DNA of 64,000 nucleotides from Eimeria praecox (GCA_963920595.1 OY986946.1:8184001-8248000), one strand, 5' to 3'. Numbered from the stretch's first letter, positions 26,035 to 38,050 are shown. Notes: generated from the letters alone by a model not told the origin. Program-made: numbers and translations.

Positions 26035-28515
26035 ATGGGGTTCTCCCCAGGTTTAATGCCGCAGGGGCCGACAGGGGCTTCCCTGGACAGTCTTAGCGCT
26101 GGTGCTCCTCAGGTAGCAAAACCCTGCAGTGATGATGGCCATCTCAAGATAAATCATATGTTTAGCAGCAAAGTCTTCTTGGCCTCCTACCTACGCGTTG
26201 CCGCTGTTGCAGTTGCTTCCTTGGCTGTCGTATACTGGCTGCTCCGCTGCTTCAACCAAATGCGGCTCGCGCAGAAGCTCGGTGGCTCCTCCAGGGCGTT
26301 GGCAGGTGAAAGGGATATAGAGTGTTTCTTGGCCCAAGAGAGTGACTCAGAAGAAGAGGAAGAGAACGAAGAAGTTGGCTCTACAAGGCATTATCAGGGA
26401 CCCTCGCAGCAGCCGGCGGACTACTCGGTGCGACGTAGGGAAAGTGCAGTGCCACCGGCGATGCGGCCGACGCACTCTCCTATGAAATCTTCTGAGGCAG
26501 CAAAGATGTTCCAGCTGCAGGAAAAGGGCGCAACGGCCCATTTACAAAGCCCATCTCCCTGGGAGCTACAGCCCTACTGGCAAGTTGCCCCTGAACTGCA
26601 GGCTCAAGCAGAATATTTTCAGAATCAAATGCATCTGCAAGTGGAGAGTGCTGCAAGTCCATATTTGGAAGCGTTTTATGCTCAAAATCCAGATTCCCAA
26701 GGAGCATATCCGTACAACCTAGACTTCCCATTGCTCTATCCCGAAGGCCTGAATAGCCAAGACGAGGAACACTTTCCCTACTTCCCAAGTCCTGAGCCTT
26801 TATACTTTGTTAGTGATTATGCTGCATATTCACTTGTCGAAGAGTCGAATTTCCTTGAGCCAGGGAGCCAAGGGGAGCAGCCCTATGCCAGGTTTCTCGA
26901 TATGGAAGGCAGTGAGCAGCAGGCCGCATCAGTCTCAGGCAGTTCCATCGCCCCTTATAGGCCGGGTGTTAATAATACAGGAAATGAAAGGAAAGGTGGG
27001 AGATCCCAGCGCAGCGTGGCAAGTGGATTGCCAGCGCTCTATCCTGGAGAGAAGATGGAGGACTGGGCGGGGCGGGGGATGCCCAAAGTCGCGCGAGTAC
27101 AGGTTACGAACATTTTGGATTGGATGCGGAAGACCGCTGTCATGTGCAGCACGTTATTGCCTCTTCTTGGAGCCAATCAAGGCTTGCGTTTGTCTCTTGT
27201 CATGGGTAAGATCTTAGCGATGAGTTTAGGGGTGTTTTCGCTTTTGCCCGGTGACCTTGAGCATTGGAGAGCATCTACAGGTAAGGACATTTTAGAATTA
27301 CTCGGGAGCGCTGAAACGTACGGCAGCAGCGACCCAGAGATGAAGCCTTGGTGCAAAAATGTCCGCACTCTGAGGATGTTAGTCAAAGACCTCAAGTTGC
27401 CAAGGCCACAAACTGAAGTGGTGGGACCACGAAAGCGGCGATCTCGAACGCTAAACATGATGGGAAGCATACGAGTGGTGAGCAAGTATTGTTCAAACAT
27501 GCTGTGGCAAATACCCAAGTTTGTACAGTCTGCTTCAAAGGAGGAAATGGAGAGTGCGGTGGAACAAATGATTACCATTTCAAACGTTTTGTGGGAGATG
27601 CTGAAGCCGCACGTCAACAGAGACAGACTTCATCGACGTTATATCCTAGACTGCCAAACGCGAACGAACATTTGGATTCTTCTTAGCCGTGCAGATCTCA
27701 TTTCTGGCGAGTTCAAGCCATTTACACCATACAAGGTCTTCGAAGCACAAGTGCATGATGCCGTTTCTAATGCCGGCGGCCTTCCACGCCCTCCTGACGA
27801 TTTTCATGCAAGGGCAGGCGGCATGCGTGACGCTGGCTCCCATCTCCCAACAGATCAACTGCCGACTAATTCTTCTGGAGGACCGACGCACACAACGGAA
27901 CACACGATTGGAAGCTATAATATGCAGGTTGGACTTAGTAATTGGCCATTCCAACCTCCCAGAAGTGCGATTGCCACCTCAAATAGGTCCAGGACCTCTC
28001 GGTCACGTTCACGTCGGCGCCACCCGAAAGGCCAAAATAAATATCGAACCGTTGAGCACCGCCAGCCCCCAAACACTCAACCTAATCCTCAAACGTTCTC
28101 CCCCTCAGGGAGCTCAGAAGTGCTGCAGCCACCAAGAGCGCGACTACCACAAACCTTTGCGGAGCCTGGCCTCTACGGTGGACCTTCTACTCAACGCGTC
28201 CGCCGACAAATGGACCGTTTTGATCAGGCACCGCCACAAGCATCGCCTTCGGATGGAATACAGCATAGGGCGAATCAGCTCATGGGGGCTGCATTCCGTC
28301 CCCGGCAAACGGAAAACTCATTTATTGCGGCCTTTATGAGCATGGAGGAACCTGAAAATGCAGCTACAGGCACATTTACAGTCCCCGGAGGAGAAAGGGG
28401 GCCACGCCAGTGGCAAGTGTCCGGAGACAGATTCCCTGATTTGTCACCGCCGCCCTCTCAGGACCATCGCAGTGGGTGGCCTCAGCCTGACGATGACAGA
28501 GGAAACGGCAGCTGA
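26035..28515 (+). CDS. Intronless hypothetical protein, TM + 'RALA' motif family, paralogue A
   Basis: Long ORF in non-repetitive DNA, first ATG at 26035. It has a hydrophobic segment 'VAAVAVASLAVVYWLLRCF', then 'SSRALAGERDIEC', an acidic/low-complexity linker, a helical domain shared with 33657..36323, and a P/S/Q-rich tail. Confidence 0.85.
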   Translation: MGFSPGLMPQGPTGASLDSLSAGAPQVAKPCSDDGHLKINHMFSSKVFLASYLRVAAVAVASLAVVYWLLRCFNQMRLAQKLGGSSRALAGERDIECFLAQESDSEEEEENEEVGSTRHYQGPSQQPADYSVRRRESAVPPAMRPTHSPMKSSEAAKMFQLQEKGATAHLQSPSPWELQPYWQVAPELQAQAEYFQNQMHLQVESAASPYLEAFYAQNPDSQGAYPYNLDFPLLYPEGLNSQDEEHFPYFPSPEPLYFVSDYAAYSLVEESNFLEPGSQGEQPYARFLDMEGSEQQAASVSGSSIAPYRPGVNNTGNERKGGRSQRSVASGLPALYPGEKMEDWAGRGMPKVARVQVTNILDWMRKTAVMCSTLLPLLGANQGLRLSLVMGKILAMSLGVFSLLPGDLEHWRASTGKDILELLGSAETYGSSDPEMKPWCKNVRTLRMLVKDLKLPRPQTEVVGPRKRRSRTLNMMGSIRVVSKYCSNMLWQIPKFVQSASKEEMESAVEQMITISNVLWEMLKPHVNRDRLHRRYILDCQTRTNIWILLSRADLISGEFKPFTPYKVFEAQVHDAVSNAGGLPRPPDDFHARAGGMRDAGSHLPTDQLPTNSSGGPTHTTEHTIGSYNMQVGLSNWPFQPPRSAIATSNRSRTSRSRSRRRHPKGQNKYRTVEHRQPPNTQPNPQTFSPSGSSEVLQPPRARLPQTFAEPGLYGGPSTQRVRRQMDRFDQAPPQASPSDGIQHRANQLMGAAFRPRQTENSFIAAFMSMEEPENAATGTFTVPGGERGPRQWQVSGDRFPDLSPPPSQDHRSGWPQPDDDRGNGS

Positions 28516-30399
28516 AGTCATTGAAGGTCTTGACGCTGGCGAGACGAAAATGGCTTTGTTTTAATGGCAGGAGTGCTGCGATAGTGTTCGACGTATTTTG
28601 CTTGCATGATGCATTTGTTTGGGTGTTCTGATTACCATCGACTTTCTCGATGCGCTAAAGAACACCATCTTCAGATGCTTCTTGACGCTCGCACCTTGGA
28701 ATTGCTCTATGCACCATTTGGCCTTCATTCGTTTATCGAGGGTCAAGGTGGCAAAGAAGTAATTCATTGAAGAGAGTCTCAAAAGCTAAGCGCTATGCTT
28801 CTTCCTCGATTCCACGTGTGATATTATGGCTGGGCGCCGTGACCGTGCGCAGTTATATAAGCAATTGGACTTGTATGTGAGAGGTGAAAGTCGCAATATA
28901 GATTGTTGCAACGCCCAGTAGGGCGGCATCCTCTGTGTTGCATCTGAAGGAGCTTGAACTGTGCTGCTATGGGAACACTGAGGAGCAGCGCCCGTTTAGG
29001 AAGCTCGCTCCATGATGTTTCATGCATTTATTCATTTCACGATGCTCTGAATGAAGTGTGGAGGGCAGTCGCTACATCTCGTAGCATCACATGACTTATT
29101 AATTCTCCTGACGTAGACAGCCGAGAGTCTGCTGCGTGCACCGTGAGGCCTTCTGAGGGCACGTAGAGGCAGGCGCTGCTGTGTCTTCTTGGGTATCACG
29201 GCCTTGAGTGGCAGTCTTATTTTATAGTCATTTGCTTGTGGTTCGCCACTGCCGTGGAAGTCGTCAACTTGTAGTTTGCATGCGTTTTTGAAGTATTTCA
29301 AAAGAATGTGCTCATCACCGTACTCTGGCCTGCGGCCATGCTTTCTGAGCATAACAGTGCGTGCTCTTCTGGATAGCAGATAAGGAATTCGTTCTATCCA
29401 GGAAGCAGTTCCTTCAGGCGCAGCCTGCTCAGGACAAGGAGCGCCACGGCCGCGCGTGTGCATGGTTTGCTTCTCTGACCACGGATTGATAAGGCGGCAT
29501 TCTGTGGCGCAATGGAGTTCCAACCAGTCATTATTTAGAGGCTCGGGGACACGCATGGGCTTTGCGATATGCAAGTGTAGTTTCATGATGTAATGCTATA
29601 TCGGCGTGGGATTGGGGAAGTTAATTATTAATTTCAAGACTGTCTGAGATATGACAACCTCCCCTCTGTGGGCGTCTTTCTTTACCCTGTGGGGTCGCGC
29701 TGCTTAATTAGCCTGTCTCTGCATATAACACACAATACAAGAAATCCTGCGCAGGAGGCACATGACTGTACTGGGATTTTGCTCTTCTTTCTCTACACAG
29801 GACCTTGTCTCATCAAAGCAGTGCGTATTGGAGGCGAGTCCGACGACTCGCCCCGTGGTTTCTATCGCTAGACGTTTTTAATTGCTTACTCATCCTTATC
29901 GTTATCTGACATTCTGCTTTATGTCGTGATCAAAATGCATCTCCCTCCCCTCAAAAAGGACCATACAGCTTCCCGCTTCAGACGCTGCCGTCTGTGCATT
30001 GCGTGCTGCAAAGCCCCAGCATTATGTATAAAGTGAGCTCAGTTGCAATATACTTAGTGAGTAGGCAGAAGAGTCATAGAGGAGCATAATCATGGCATGA
30101 GCTGTATAGTGATTAGGTTCATCAATGATAAAAGAACAGCAGCATTAAGTGAGTTGTTAGAGCGTCCCCTAGCTCCCCTGAATATGGACAGCAAGGGAAC
30201 CTTAAGCTATTTGTTTACCTTTTGTAGCTTCCAAATCCCCAAGTCAGTAGCAATAGTTTGTACCGATAGTCTATTAATTACTGCCCTTTACATCTCGCCA
30301 CTCAGTGGATTTCAGCGAAACTAAAACATTTTCTTTCAACCGCCTGAAGACTTAAGTGGGCGGAACACCTTACGAAAAAAGTATTTGCCACGATTAAGA

Positions 30400-31700
30400 G
30401 CCACATAAAATCAACTACAGTACAATATCAATTTTCCTACATACTGTTCAGTAGCTCGTCCAAATTACATGCCTTGCATTTGGCGAGTGTAGTGTTACTC
30501 CAGTCATTCCTACAGTTCGCATCTTGGCAAACGCTGGCGTATGAGGGCCTGAACTTTTGCATTGCTAGGGCAAAATGACTACTTATTCCAACCACAATCA
30601 CGCGTTCATCTTGAAAAATGGCATGCAACCCTTCACTTTCCATGGCTGGCTCCTTTCTGTATTGTGTGCTGCTTGTAACGTTTGAGAAGCCTGGCTGCAC
30701 GCCTAAGGCAAGCACTTCGGCAGTAATTCGCACCCCAATATGCTGCACGGGAAAATATGTGGGAAAGCGTAATATGTGATATCGCACCGCGTGTCACAAA
30801 CGAGTGTGAGCAGCGTGGAGCTTGGGGTTTGATGCAGTTATCACGGTAAGTGTAAAGGCCAAGCGAACAAAGAAGCACGCTTCAGTCTCAGTTGAAGTGA
30901 AATACTCGAGGCACAAAGGCCCTCCTAAAACAAAGAAGTTGAATTCGTGGATAATGACGACAGTGAAACGTGAGAGAAAGACGGGAAGCTTGTTCGATCC
31001 CAGCCGTCAGCCGTCGGTAAAGGAGCCAAAAGGAGTGCAGTGAGTAACAGCTCTTTCAAAACAGCTAGATCTGGTTCTTCAATCATGACAACTCTCCAGT
31101 GTGTGTTTCATCAATTGCAAGCGCTTCTGTCTTCAACTGTTGAGGCAAGCTTCTTCAGTCAGCCGATGAACTATATGCTGCAGGTGGTCAGACCCTCCCT
31201 ACGAACGATAATTCTCCTCCTGTTGCCTCCCCCCGCTATTCACTTTCAAATGCACCGGGAAAAGCCGCACATAGAATTTCGTCAAGACCTGGCCAGCATC
31301 TATCTCATTACGTTAGAGACAAATGCGAGGCATCACCGCTGCCGTATCGAAATCCAAACGGGAAACTATGGAGCTACCCCGCTCAGACAGATGAGGGCGG
31401 AACAACCCTTTGAAGCCATCAATCTAGCTCTCCCAGGTTTCAGGGGATTTTGTTTTGTATGAAGGCGTGCCATTTGGATGCCGTGTCACTTCATCGAGTG
31501 GGGGTTGCTGCGTTGTCACTCCAACTGCTAACGCCGCTGGAAATAATCGCACAGGTCCTCCTTGTCGGCCTTTTCCTCCTGCATATTCAGCCACCCCCTA
31601 CAAAAATCTTTCGCAGGCATCACGCACGCACGGAAATGCCTCGATTTTAATTCTCCACCGGATTCAATATTTTGCTGGTGTAGACTAAAGCGAAATGTGA
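30400..31700 (-). mobile_element. Probable highly degraded Ty3/gypsy RT remnant
   Basis: Minus-strand fragments appear in the expected order: 'IDGFKGLFRPHL' (cf. iDl.sGy.Qi), 'AVMPRICL' (cf. VMPFGL), 'DHLQHIVHRLTEE' (cf. HL..vl.rL.e), 'LAVLKELLLTALLLAPL' (cf. F..LK..L.tAPvL). The matches are weak. Confidence 0.45.
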
Positions 31701-33138
31701 TCGCCTTTTTGTTGTAATGCAGGTGACGCTGCTTGACCGGAGAACGTTCATATCCTTGGGAGGGCGTGTAAGAGTTAGACAGGATCTCTCTCGACTACAC
31801 GCAATAGCATAAATGGGATGACTGGGATCTATGAGCAGCGGTGCCCTCGAAATGTGGTACCGCAGCAGGCAGCTGCAGGCTAGCGTTTGGTTCCTGCCGT
31901 AGCAGTTCTACAGGGGAAAAGCGGAGCCACCTTGAGCCACTTCATGCTAGGTATCAACCGCAAAGACTTTGTTGTCCTATTGGCTCCAACAGTCCTACAT
32001 TTGATTTCTATCCACAATAAAGACGAGTGAAAGGGTGTGAAATAGAGAAAGCCACCGCCTAATCCAGCGTGTGTGTGGTGTTCCCACAACCTATCTGTAC
32101 CTTCGCAGGGGCTAGCTATGGAGGGCCAGGTAAGCGTTCAACAGCTGACAGGAATGCTAGCTCATGCAGCTAATGGGGCTGAGCTGTGTTTGCACGTGGG
32201 CTTGCGTTGTAACATTGATTGCAACAAGAGGAGCTGCAGCGCCTAACAGGTCGCGCCCGCTCTGTATCAGCCCCACGCCCTTAGGCCTCTATGTCTTGGG
32301 CACCTGAGGGGGGCCTTATTCTTAAATCTGTGATACTACTGGGGCTCATAACGGTTCTCGGCAGGGTTGAGGCTCCTTGCCATACGAAGAGTAGAATCTC
32401 GCATTACAACTGTGCCAGATGGAGGCCCCAAAGGCGAGAGTACCGAATAAACATATCGTACCGGTGCAGAGAAGGGATGAAATAGTCATTGACCGCAACA
32501 ACAGAAGTGTCGTGCCGCGTAGGGGTACAACTTCCATGAAAACAAACCGCCATCGCAAGCACCGGTCGCAAGCGTCGCCAAGCTGCGCGTGAGACTTGAT
32601 TGAGGGCGTATTTGCACGTTGATTACCCAATGGCATATACGTTTTTTTACTTCTTATTACCGATACACTCTTTCGATCGCGGCGTGTGCAGCGGGAACAA
32701 TGGGTACTTAAGGCACTTGGCGAGCACCACAAAATTTGGTACCCACACGGTGCTTGTAGTGCTCGATTCAGTTTCCAAACAAACGAAAGCGCCAGATGAA
32801 CAAATAATGCGTCATCAAAATAATGGTGCAGGTTATATTAAAAATGAATATAAGCTGAGTGTAAGAAGTTGACACACTATACACTGCTACCTGCTCTGCA
32901 AGCCCACGAGAGCGAAGCTTTCCATTGAAACCAAGCTGAATGCATGAAGTGCATGAGAACAGAGAACAACTTGTGAATCGCCTGTCCCATGGGAATCCTG
33001 AAGGTGCAGTAACGTTTTTGCACGCGTAATGCACCTCCAAACTTATTTGAAATGGAAAGCATCAAGTGTTCTGAATCCCTGTAACGAAGGCGCTGTCTGC
33101 GTTCCCGTAGATGGTCATCCTCTTGACATTGGGAATAC

Positions 33139-33353
33139 CATCGTGCAGCATAGAGCATTTACGTAAATGTTTCTTCATAGTAATCGGTTTTAACTGCATT
33201 TTGAGTTGAATACCGATTTTAAGGGCCTCCTTGGCAGTGAAGGGAGTAGGTTGTCCCCTTGGCAACGGCATCGTGCAGCATGGAGCAGTCATGTAAACGT
33301 TCTTCATAGTGCTCGCCCTTAACTTGTTTTTGAGTTGAATTTCTGTTTTAAGG
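33139..33353. repeat. Diverged direct repeat, two ~86-bp copies with 130-bp period
   Basis: CATCGTGCAGCAT(A/G)GAGCA...TTCTTCATAGT...TTAACT...TTTTGAGTTGAAT...TTTTAAGG occurs at 33139-33224 and 33269-33353. Confidence 0.85.
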
Positions 33354-33656
33354 CATTTCAAAGCGGTGGTGATCTTGGAGTCATTCCTGCGTCCTTCCAT
33401 TCCAAGAGCAAACACTCAATCGAAGTAGACCTTAGCCGCGTCACTACCACAATGCGCAATTAATTCACCATTCTAATGTTTGCAAGCCTTGTTTGCCCCT
33501 TAATTTCTCAAGTAATATCTGTGGCAGTTGCTTGTGCTTGAACGGATTTCTATCGCAGTGCGCAGTGCACGACGGTGGGCAGAACGTTTAAGGCGATCTA
33601 AAGAGCACTAGTTGCGTAATGAGCAATTATACAGCCTAAAGGTTATTGCCAGAGAC

Positions 33657-36323
33657 ATGATGGATCTGTTAGAAGGTTTCTCTCACAAGAAGGCAAATGG
33701 CCTTAACGACAACCTCGGTGAGACACCACCAGGACTTCCTTTCCCGATGGAGTTTGGTGGGAGTAACAACGCTGTCACACTGCTGCAGTCCTCCAGGAAA
33801 GGGCGCTCGCGGGATGTTTCTCCTTCTGTATTTGTCGTAGCAGTCATTTCGTTGGCCTTTGCATACTGGCTGCTGCGCTGCTTTCGCCACCTGCCGTCGG
33901 GCGCGACTACGGGCGTGTCTTCCAGGGCACTAGCGGGCGCAGATGGTAGGGAATGTTCCTTCTCTGAAGAGGCTTATCCGCATGAGGAGGAAGGAGAGTG
34001 GAATAATTATGGCTTTGAAGGATATGATTCATGGCAGCCTGTAGCGGGTGCTGGAGGAGGCAATATATGGGGAGCGACAGTTCAAGAGCCAGGGGATCCT
34101 CTGGCAGGGCTAGCAAACCCTTTTCTTGTACCTCAGGAAGGAGCGCAGAATGCATTTCTAGCGGAAGACGGTGCTGGAGCTGGAGCTTGGGCAGGGACTT
34201 CAGGCCAACCGCAGCGAAGCTCTCGTGGAGACCCGCATTCCAGTGCTGGAGGAGAGGGCCAGCAAGAAACAGTTAGTGGCACTCCCGAGGCAGATAGCCC
34301 TGAAGATGAGGAGGACTTGAAAGACTGGGAAGGCCGGAATATATCCGAATCCGCACAGGCGCAGACAAAGAATCTGCTTAACTGGATGCGGCAGAACGCT
34401 GAAATTTGCATTAGTGTGTTGCCTTCCCTTCCCCCGAGTCAGGCTTTACGCTTGGCCAACTTAGTGTTGAAGATCATAGCGTTGGACCTGGGTGGTCTGT
34501 CTCTCCTTCCTGACAATCTCGAGCCAATGAGGAATCAAACAGGAGAAGTTCTTTTAGATCTTGTGTCAACTGCTTTGTCTTTGGACTCTGAAGGCGAAGC
34601 ACTGCCAGGGCAGCGGATGGATGCCATCAACCTTGAGAGGCTGATTCGATTAATCAAGGCGCCACGTCCGCGCACCGAAATGGTGTCGACACGCAAGCGC
34701 AAAAACAGGATGGTGACGCTTCTTTCAGCGGTTAGGATCGTGGGCAAGTACTGCACCAACAGCCTATTGAATATATTACACCATAAAAATCACTCCTCGA
34801 AGGAGATGCTGGCGAGAGTTGTGGAAGAGGAAATTCGTGTTCTGACTGCCTTGTGGCACGAGCACCAGCAGCACCTTATCAGAGATAGACTACACCGGCA
34901 TTTTACCTTAGCCTGTCAAAGAAGGGCAGGAGTGTGGTTGCTGATACCGGCCGAAGATGTCAAAAAAGGCCTTGAGCCGCTCCCAGAATATAAGCAATTA
35001 CTTCAAAGGCTTGATGATGCCGTAGCCAGCGTAGGGGGCACGGTGTTGACCCGTGTATTTCGTGAGACAAAAGATGATGACGAAGAACATGGTGAAGCGG
35101 GTTTGGGAGACGGCGCCCGTGCAAAACACAGCACAGGCCCAACGGATGGAGGAGGGAAGTCCATGCCAGGGCACAAGAGGGAGGAAGCGTCAACTTCGTA
35201 TTGGCACAATTCACATTCTCAAAAGCCTGCAATGCCTTTTGCCTCAGAACGCACCTCAGGAACATTGGTTGGAGGGCAGAGACGCGGGGAGGAGGCATCA
35301 ACGCCGCAGCATCCCAACCGCCCGCCATTTCAGCAGGCTGCAAAGCCTTTTCCCTCTTTGATGCCTCCCACACCGTTTGTCCATTCAAGTTCCCCAAAGT
35401 TTCAAGGTGGCCAGCAGCAAGGCTCCTCAGGGCCCAGCTGGCGCCCTTCCCACTCAGGCTTCCCAAGGCCTCAAGGTGGCCAGCAGCAAGGCTCCCCAGG
35501 GCCCAGCTGGCACCCTTCCCACTCAGGCTTCCCAAGGCCTCAAGGTGACCAGCAGCAAGGCTTCCCAGGGCCCAGGCGGCGCTCTTCTTACTCAGACTTC
35601 CCAAGGTCTCAAGGTGGCCAGCAGCAAGGCTTCCCAAGGCACAGCTGGCACCCTTCCCACTCAGGCTTCCCAAGGCCTCAAGGTGACCAGCAGCAAGGCT
35701 TCCCAGGGCCCAGGCGGCGCTCTTCCTACTCAGACTTCCCAAGGCCTCAAGGTGGCCAGCAGCAAGGCTTCCCAGGGCCCAGTTGGCACCCTTCCCACTT
35801 AGGTTTCCCAAGGCCTCAAGGTGGCCAGCAGCAAGGCTCCCCAGGGCCCAGCTGGCACCCTCCCAGCAGGCCTATGGCGCCGCAGGTTGGACCAAGGTTT
35901 CATAAGCCGTCGACGCCTAGCAGTTCGTCCACGGGAAACGTGTTTCCGAAAGCGCAAGGAGGTCCAAACATGTTCCCGGGGCGGCTGCCTTCACAGCCTC
36001 GTTCACTTGACGCAAATTGGTCTCCTGCCAGAGGCGGGCGGACTTCCATCCGGTTGCCGCTGAGATCACCGTCGGTTTCCAGCAGCACCAGATATACCGC
36101 AAGTCCAGGTCCCCCGCATAGCCAGAGCCGAATGCGTAGGGACTCTCTTAGGACTCCCGTAGCTGCAAGTGGGCCGGAGTCGCATTATAGCCTTTTCCAG
36201 GATGGGCTGGGAGTTCCTCCTTGGCGGATGACCTCTGAAGGGCTCACCGATGATGATTGGCTTGCGCAGCAAAGTTGGGGAGACTCTGACCTGCCTGAAG
36301 AGGATCGGGAGAGCGGTAGCTAG
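33657..36323 (+). CDS. Intronless hypothetical protein, TM + 'RALA' motif family, paralogue B, with 23-aa repeats
   Basis: 'VFVVAVISLAFAYWLLRCF' is followed by 'SSRALAGADGREC'. The core aligns with paralogue A (DWEGR..LLNWMRQ / DWAGR..ILDWMRK; PRPRTEMV / PRPQTEVV; RDRLHRHFTLACQRR / RDRLHRRYILDCQTR). First ATG at 33657. Confidence 0.88.
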   Translation: MMDLLEGFSHKKANGLNDNLGETPPGLPFPMEFGGSNNAVTLLQSSRKGRSRDVSPSVFVVAVISLAFAYWLLRCFRHLPSGATTGVSSRALAGADGRECSFSEEAYPHEEEGEWNNYGFEGYDSWQPVAGAGGGNIWGATVQEPGDPLAGLANPFLVPQEGAQNAFLAEDGAGAGAWAGTSGQPQRSSRGDPHSSAGGEGQQETVSGTPEADSPEDEEDLKDWEGRNISESAQAQTKNLLNWMRQNAEICISVLPSLPPSQALRLANLVLKIIALDLGGLSLLPDNLEPMRNQTGEVLLDLVSTALSLDSEGEALPGQRMDAINLERLIRLIKAPRPRTEMVSTRKRKNRMVTLLSAVRIVGKYCTNSLLNILHHKNHSSKEMLARVVEEEIRVLTALWHEHQQHLIRDRLHRHFTLACQRRAGVWLLIPAEDVKKGLEPLPEYKQLLQRLDDAVASVGGTVLTRVFRETKDDDEEHGEAGLGDGARAKHSTGPTDGGGKSMPGHKREEASTSYWHNSHSQKPAMPFASERTSGTLVGGQRRGEEASTPQHPNRPPFQQAAKPFPSLMPPTPFVHSSSPKFQGGQQQGSSGPSWRPSHSGFPRPQGGQQQGSPGPSWHPSHSGFPRPQGDQQQGFPGPRRRSSYSDFPRSQGGQQQGFPRHSWHPSHSGFPRPQGDQQQGFPGPRRRSSYSDFPRPQGGQQQGFPGPSWHPSHLGFPRPQGGQQQGSPGPSWHPPSRPMAPQVGPRFHKPSTPSSSSTGNVFPKAQGGPNMFPGRLPSQPRSLDANWSPARGGRTSIRLPLRSPSVSSSTRYTASPGPPHSQSRMRRDSLRTPVAASGPESHYSLFQDGLGVPPWRMTSEGLTDDDWLAQQSWGDSDLPEEDRESGS
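35406..35862 (+). repeat. Coding 69-bp tandem repeat (~6.5 copies)
   Basis: The 69-bp units encode GGQQQG(S/F)PGPSWHPSHSGFPRPQ and the variant GDQQQGFPGPRRRSSYSDFPR(S/P)Q. Confidence 0.95.
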
Positions 36324-37739
36324 CTGACGGAAAGCATGAGCTGGGTCCGACTACGATTGCTTTATTGTGGTGGAAAAGTGCTGTTGCAGGAGAGTGAGCT
36401 GACGGACTTAGACCCACTTGTACATTCCTTGCGGGCTCGTCGGCTGGCCCTTTGGCCAACAGTGTCACGTAGCGGTGTTGACTGAGTGCCCTGTGGAGAG
36501 GCCTTCAGCCTTCCGTTGGATCACCTCACATATGCAATGCTTGCCAAAGGCATGGGTCCGCCTGCAGCCTCTTCTTGAAAATATGCACTTGCGCTTTGCA
36601 TTAATTATCCCATTCCAGGCGCGAGTGGAGGATCTCACTTACGGATTAGTTCATCTGGCTCGCCAAGATGCTTGATATTTTGAAAATTCATCAGATACAG
36701 CCCAGTAGGTGCGGCAGGAAGTGCAGGGGTTGTTTACATTGGCGGCAGCTAGAAATCCAGCTGCTTTATATGTTCAGAACAGAGAGCACTAGCCGAAGTT
36801 GTCGAATTGTTGTTGTATGTATAGCACCATGTGAACTCTAGCAGGTGAACTCCTACGCGGCATCAGCCCTACAATGATCTTCGGAGTCGTCGTTGTGGGC
36901 AACTTGGGCTTGTGGTATTTGAGTTTTCACCTGTTATGTTCTGTGTGCGAGTAACTGCCGAGTGTCGTTGGCTTCGCCGCCGGCCCTTTCTTCCGAGTTG
37001 TACATTAGTTATGGGGCTTTACAAAACACCCACAGCAGGCAACTCGTAATGAACTTACAGGATTTGTTTTCTAAGCATTTAGCCCATGATGCGGGCATAG
37101 AGGGTGACCTGGTAAGCTGAAGTTGAGAGGGTGGGTCGCTCTCCAGACGAGCCCCAGCTCAACAGATAGCTTTACTAATCGAGGTGTATCCCAGGAAGCG
37201 TTACTTTGGAAAGTTTGAACTGCGAATAGAGCCATTTTAATGAATTTTCTACAGTGACTGGAACCCTTTTACCAGGGCAGCGATGTATACGATCCGGTAG
37301 TCCGCCTTTTTAGTGAGGTTTCAGTCAGACTTGTAGCTGTGGGGGAGGACGTGTATGGGCAAGCCACTTGTTGCTAATTCTAGCAGAGTCGAATTCCTAT
37401 TGTAACGTCTCATACCCGAACAAAGGGTCGAGTGGTTGAGGAACTGTTCATTGCAGCACAGCGCTTGGCTTCGACATTGATTTTAGTCTTGTCATATTTC
37501 TTGCTTGCTTGTAAGCAGCGGATAAGTAGAGAGCGTGGGGCACCTGCCTTAAGTGCTGTCGTATGGACAGAACACGGGCGCCGAAGGAGCACAGTAGTAG
37601 TAGTACGAGCACTTTGATGGTCCCTTGAGGACTTGAAACAGAGGTCCTCCAACTTGCCAAGTTTCCTCCAGTTTTTCAACTATACATTGGCGCCGTAAAC
37701 AGTACAAGGCCAAAGAGCCTCAGCCACCGTGTGACGAAC

Positions 37740-38050
37740 TTGACGGTCTAAAGGGGTGACGCGGGCAAAGAGAGCTCCTTCCATCTATATACACCAAGAC
37801 TCTTTTCCCTCCAAGCTCTTCAAAATGTCTAAGATATCTAAAACTCTATTAATAGGTAGCATAATGCTTGTGATGGAGTCATTTGGTACCCTTGACCCCT
37901 GGTTGATCACATGTCTAGCGCTGTAAGACCGGTAGGGTTGGAAGCGGTTCATGAAATAGGGTCCTATTTGGAAGGTTTGAGTACACACTAGCACATAAGC
38001 ATGATTTCCCACTACAAAATGTCTATAATTGTCATATTTAGTGTTTAATT
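37740..38050 (-). mobile_element. Ty3/gypsy 3' pol fragment (post-integrase region, possible chromodomain)
   Basis: 'VVGNHAYVLVCTQTFQIGPYFMNRFQPY' resembles the gypsy v..nAY.L.LP..iHpvF.Vs.L.py motif. It is followed by 'RVLDILD...' and a frameshifted 'VYRWKE', resembling a chromodomain. Confidence 0.5.
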
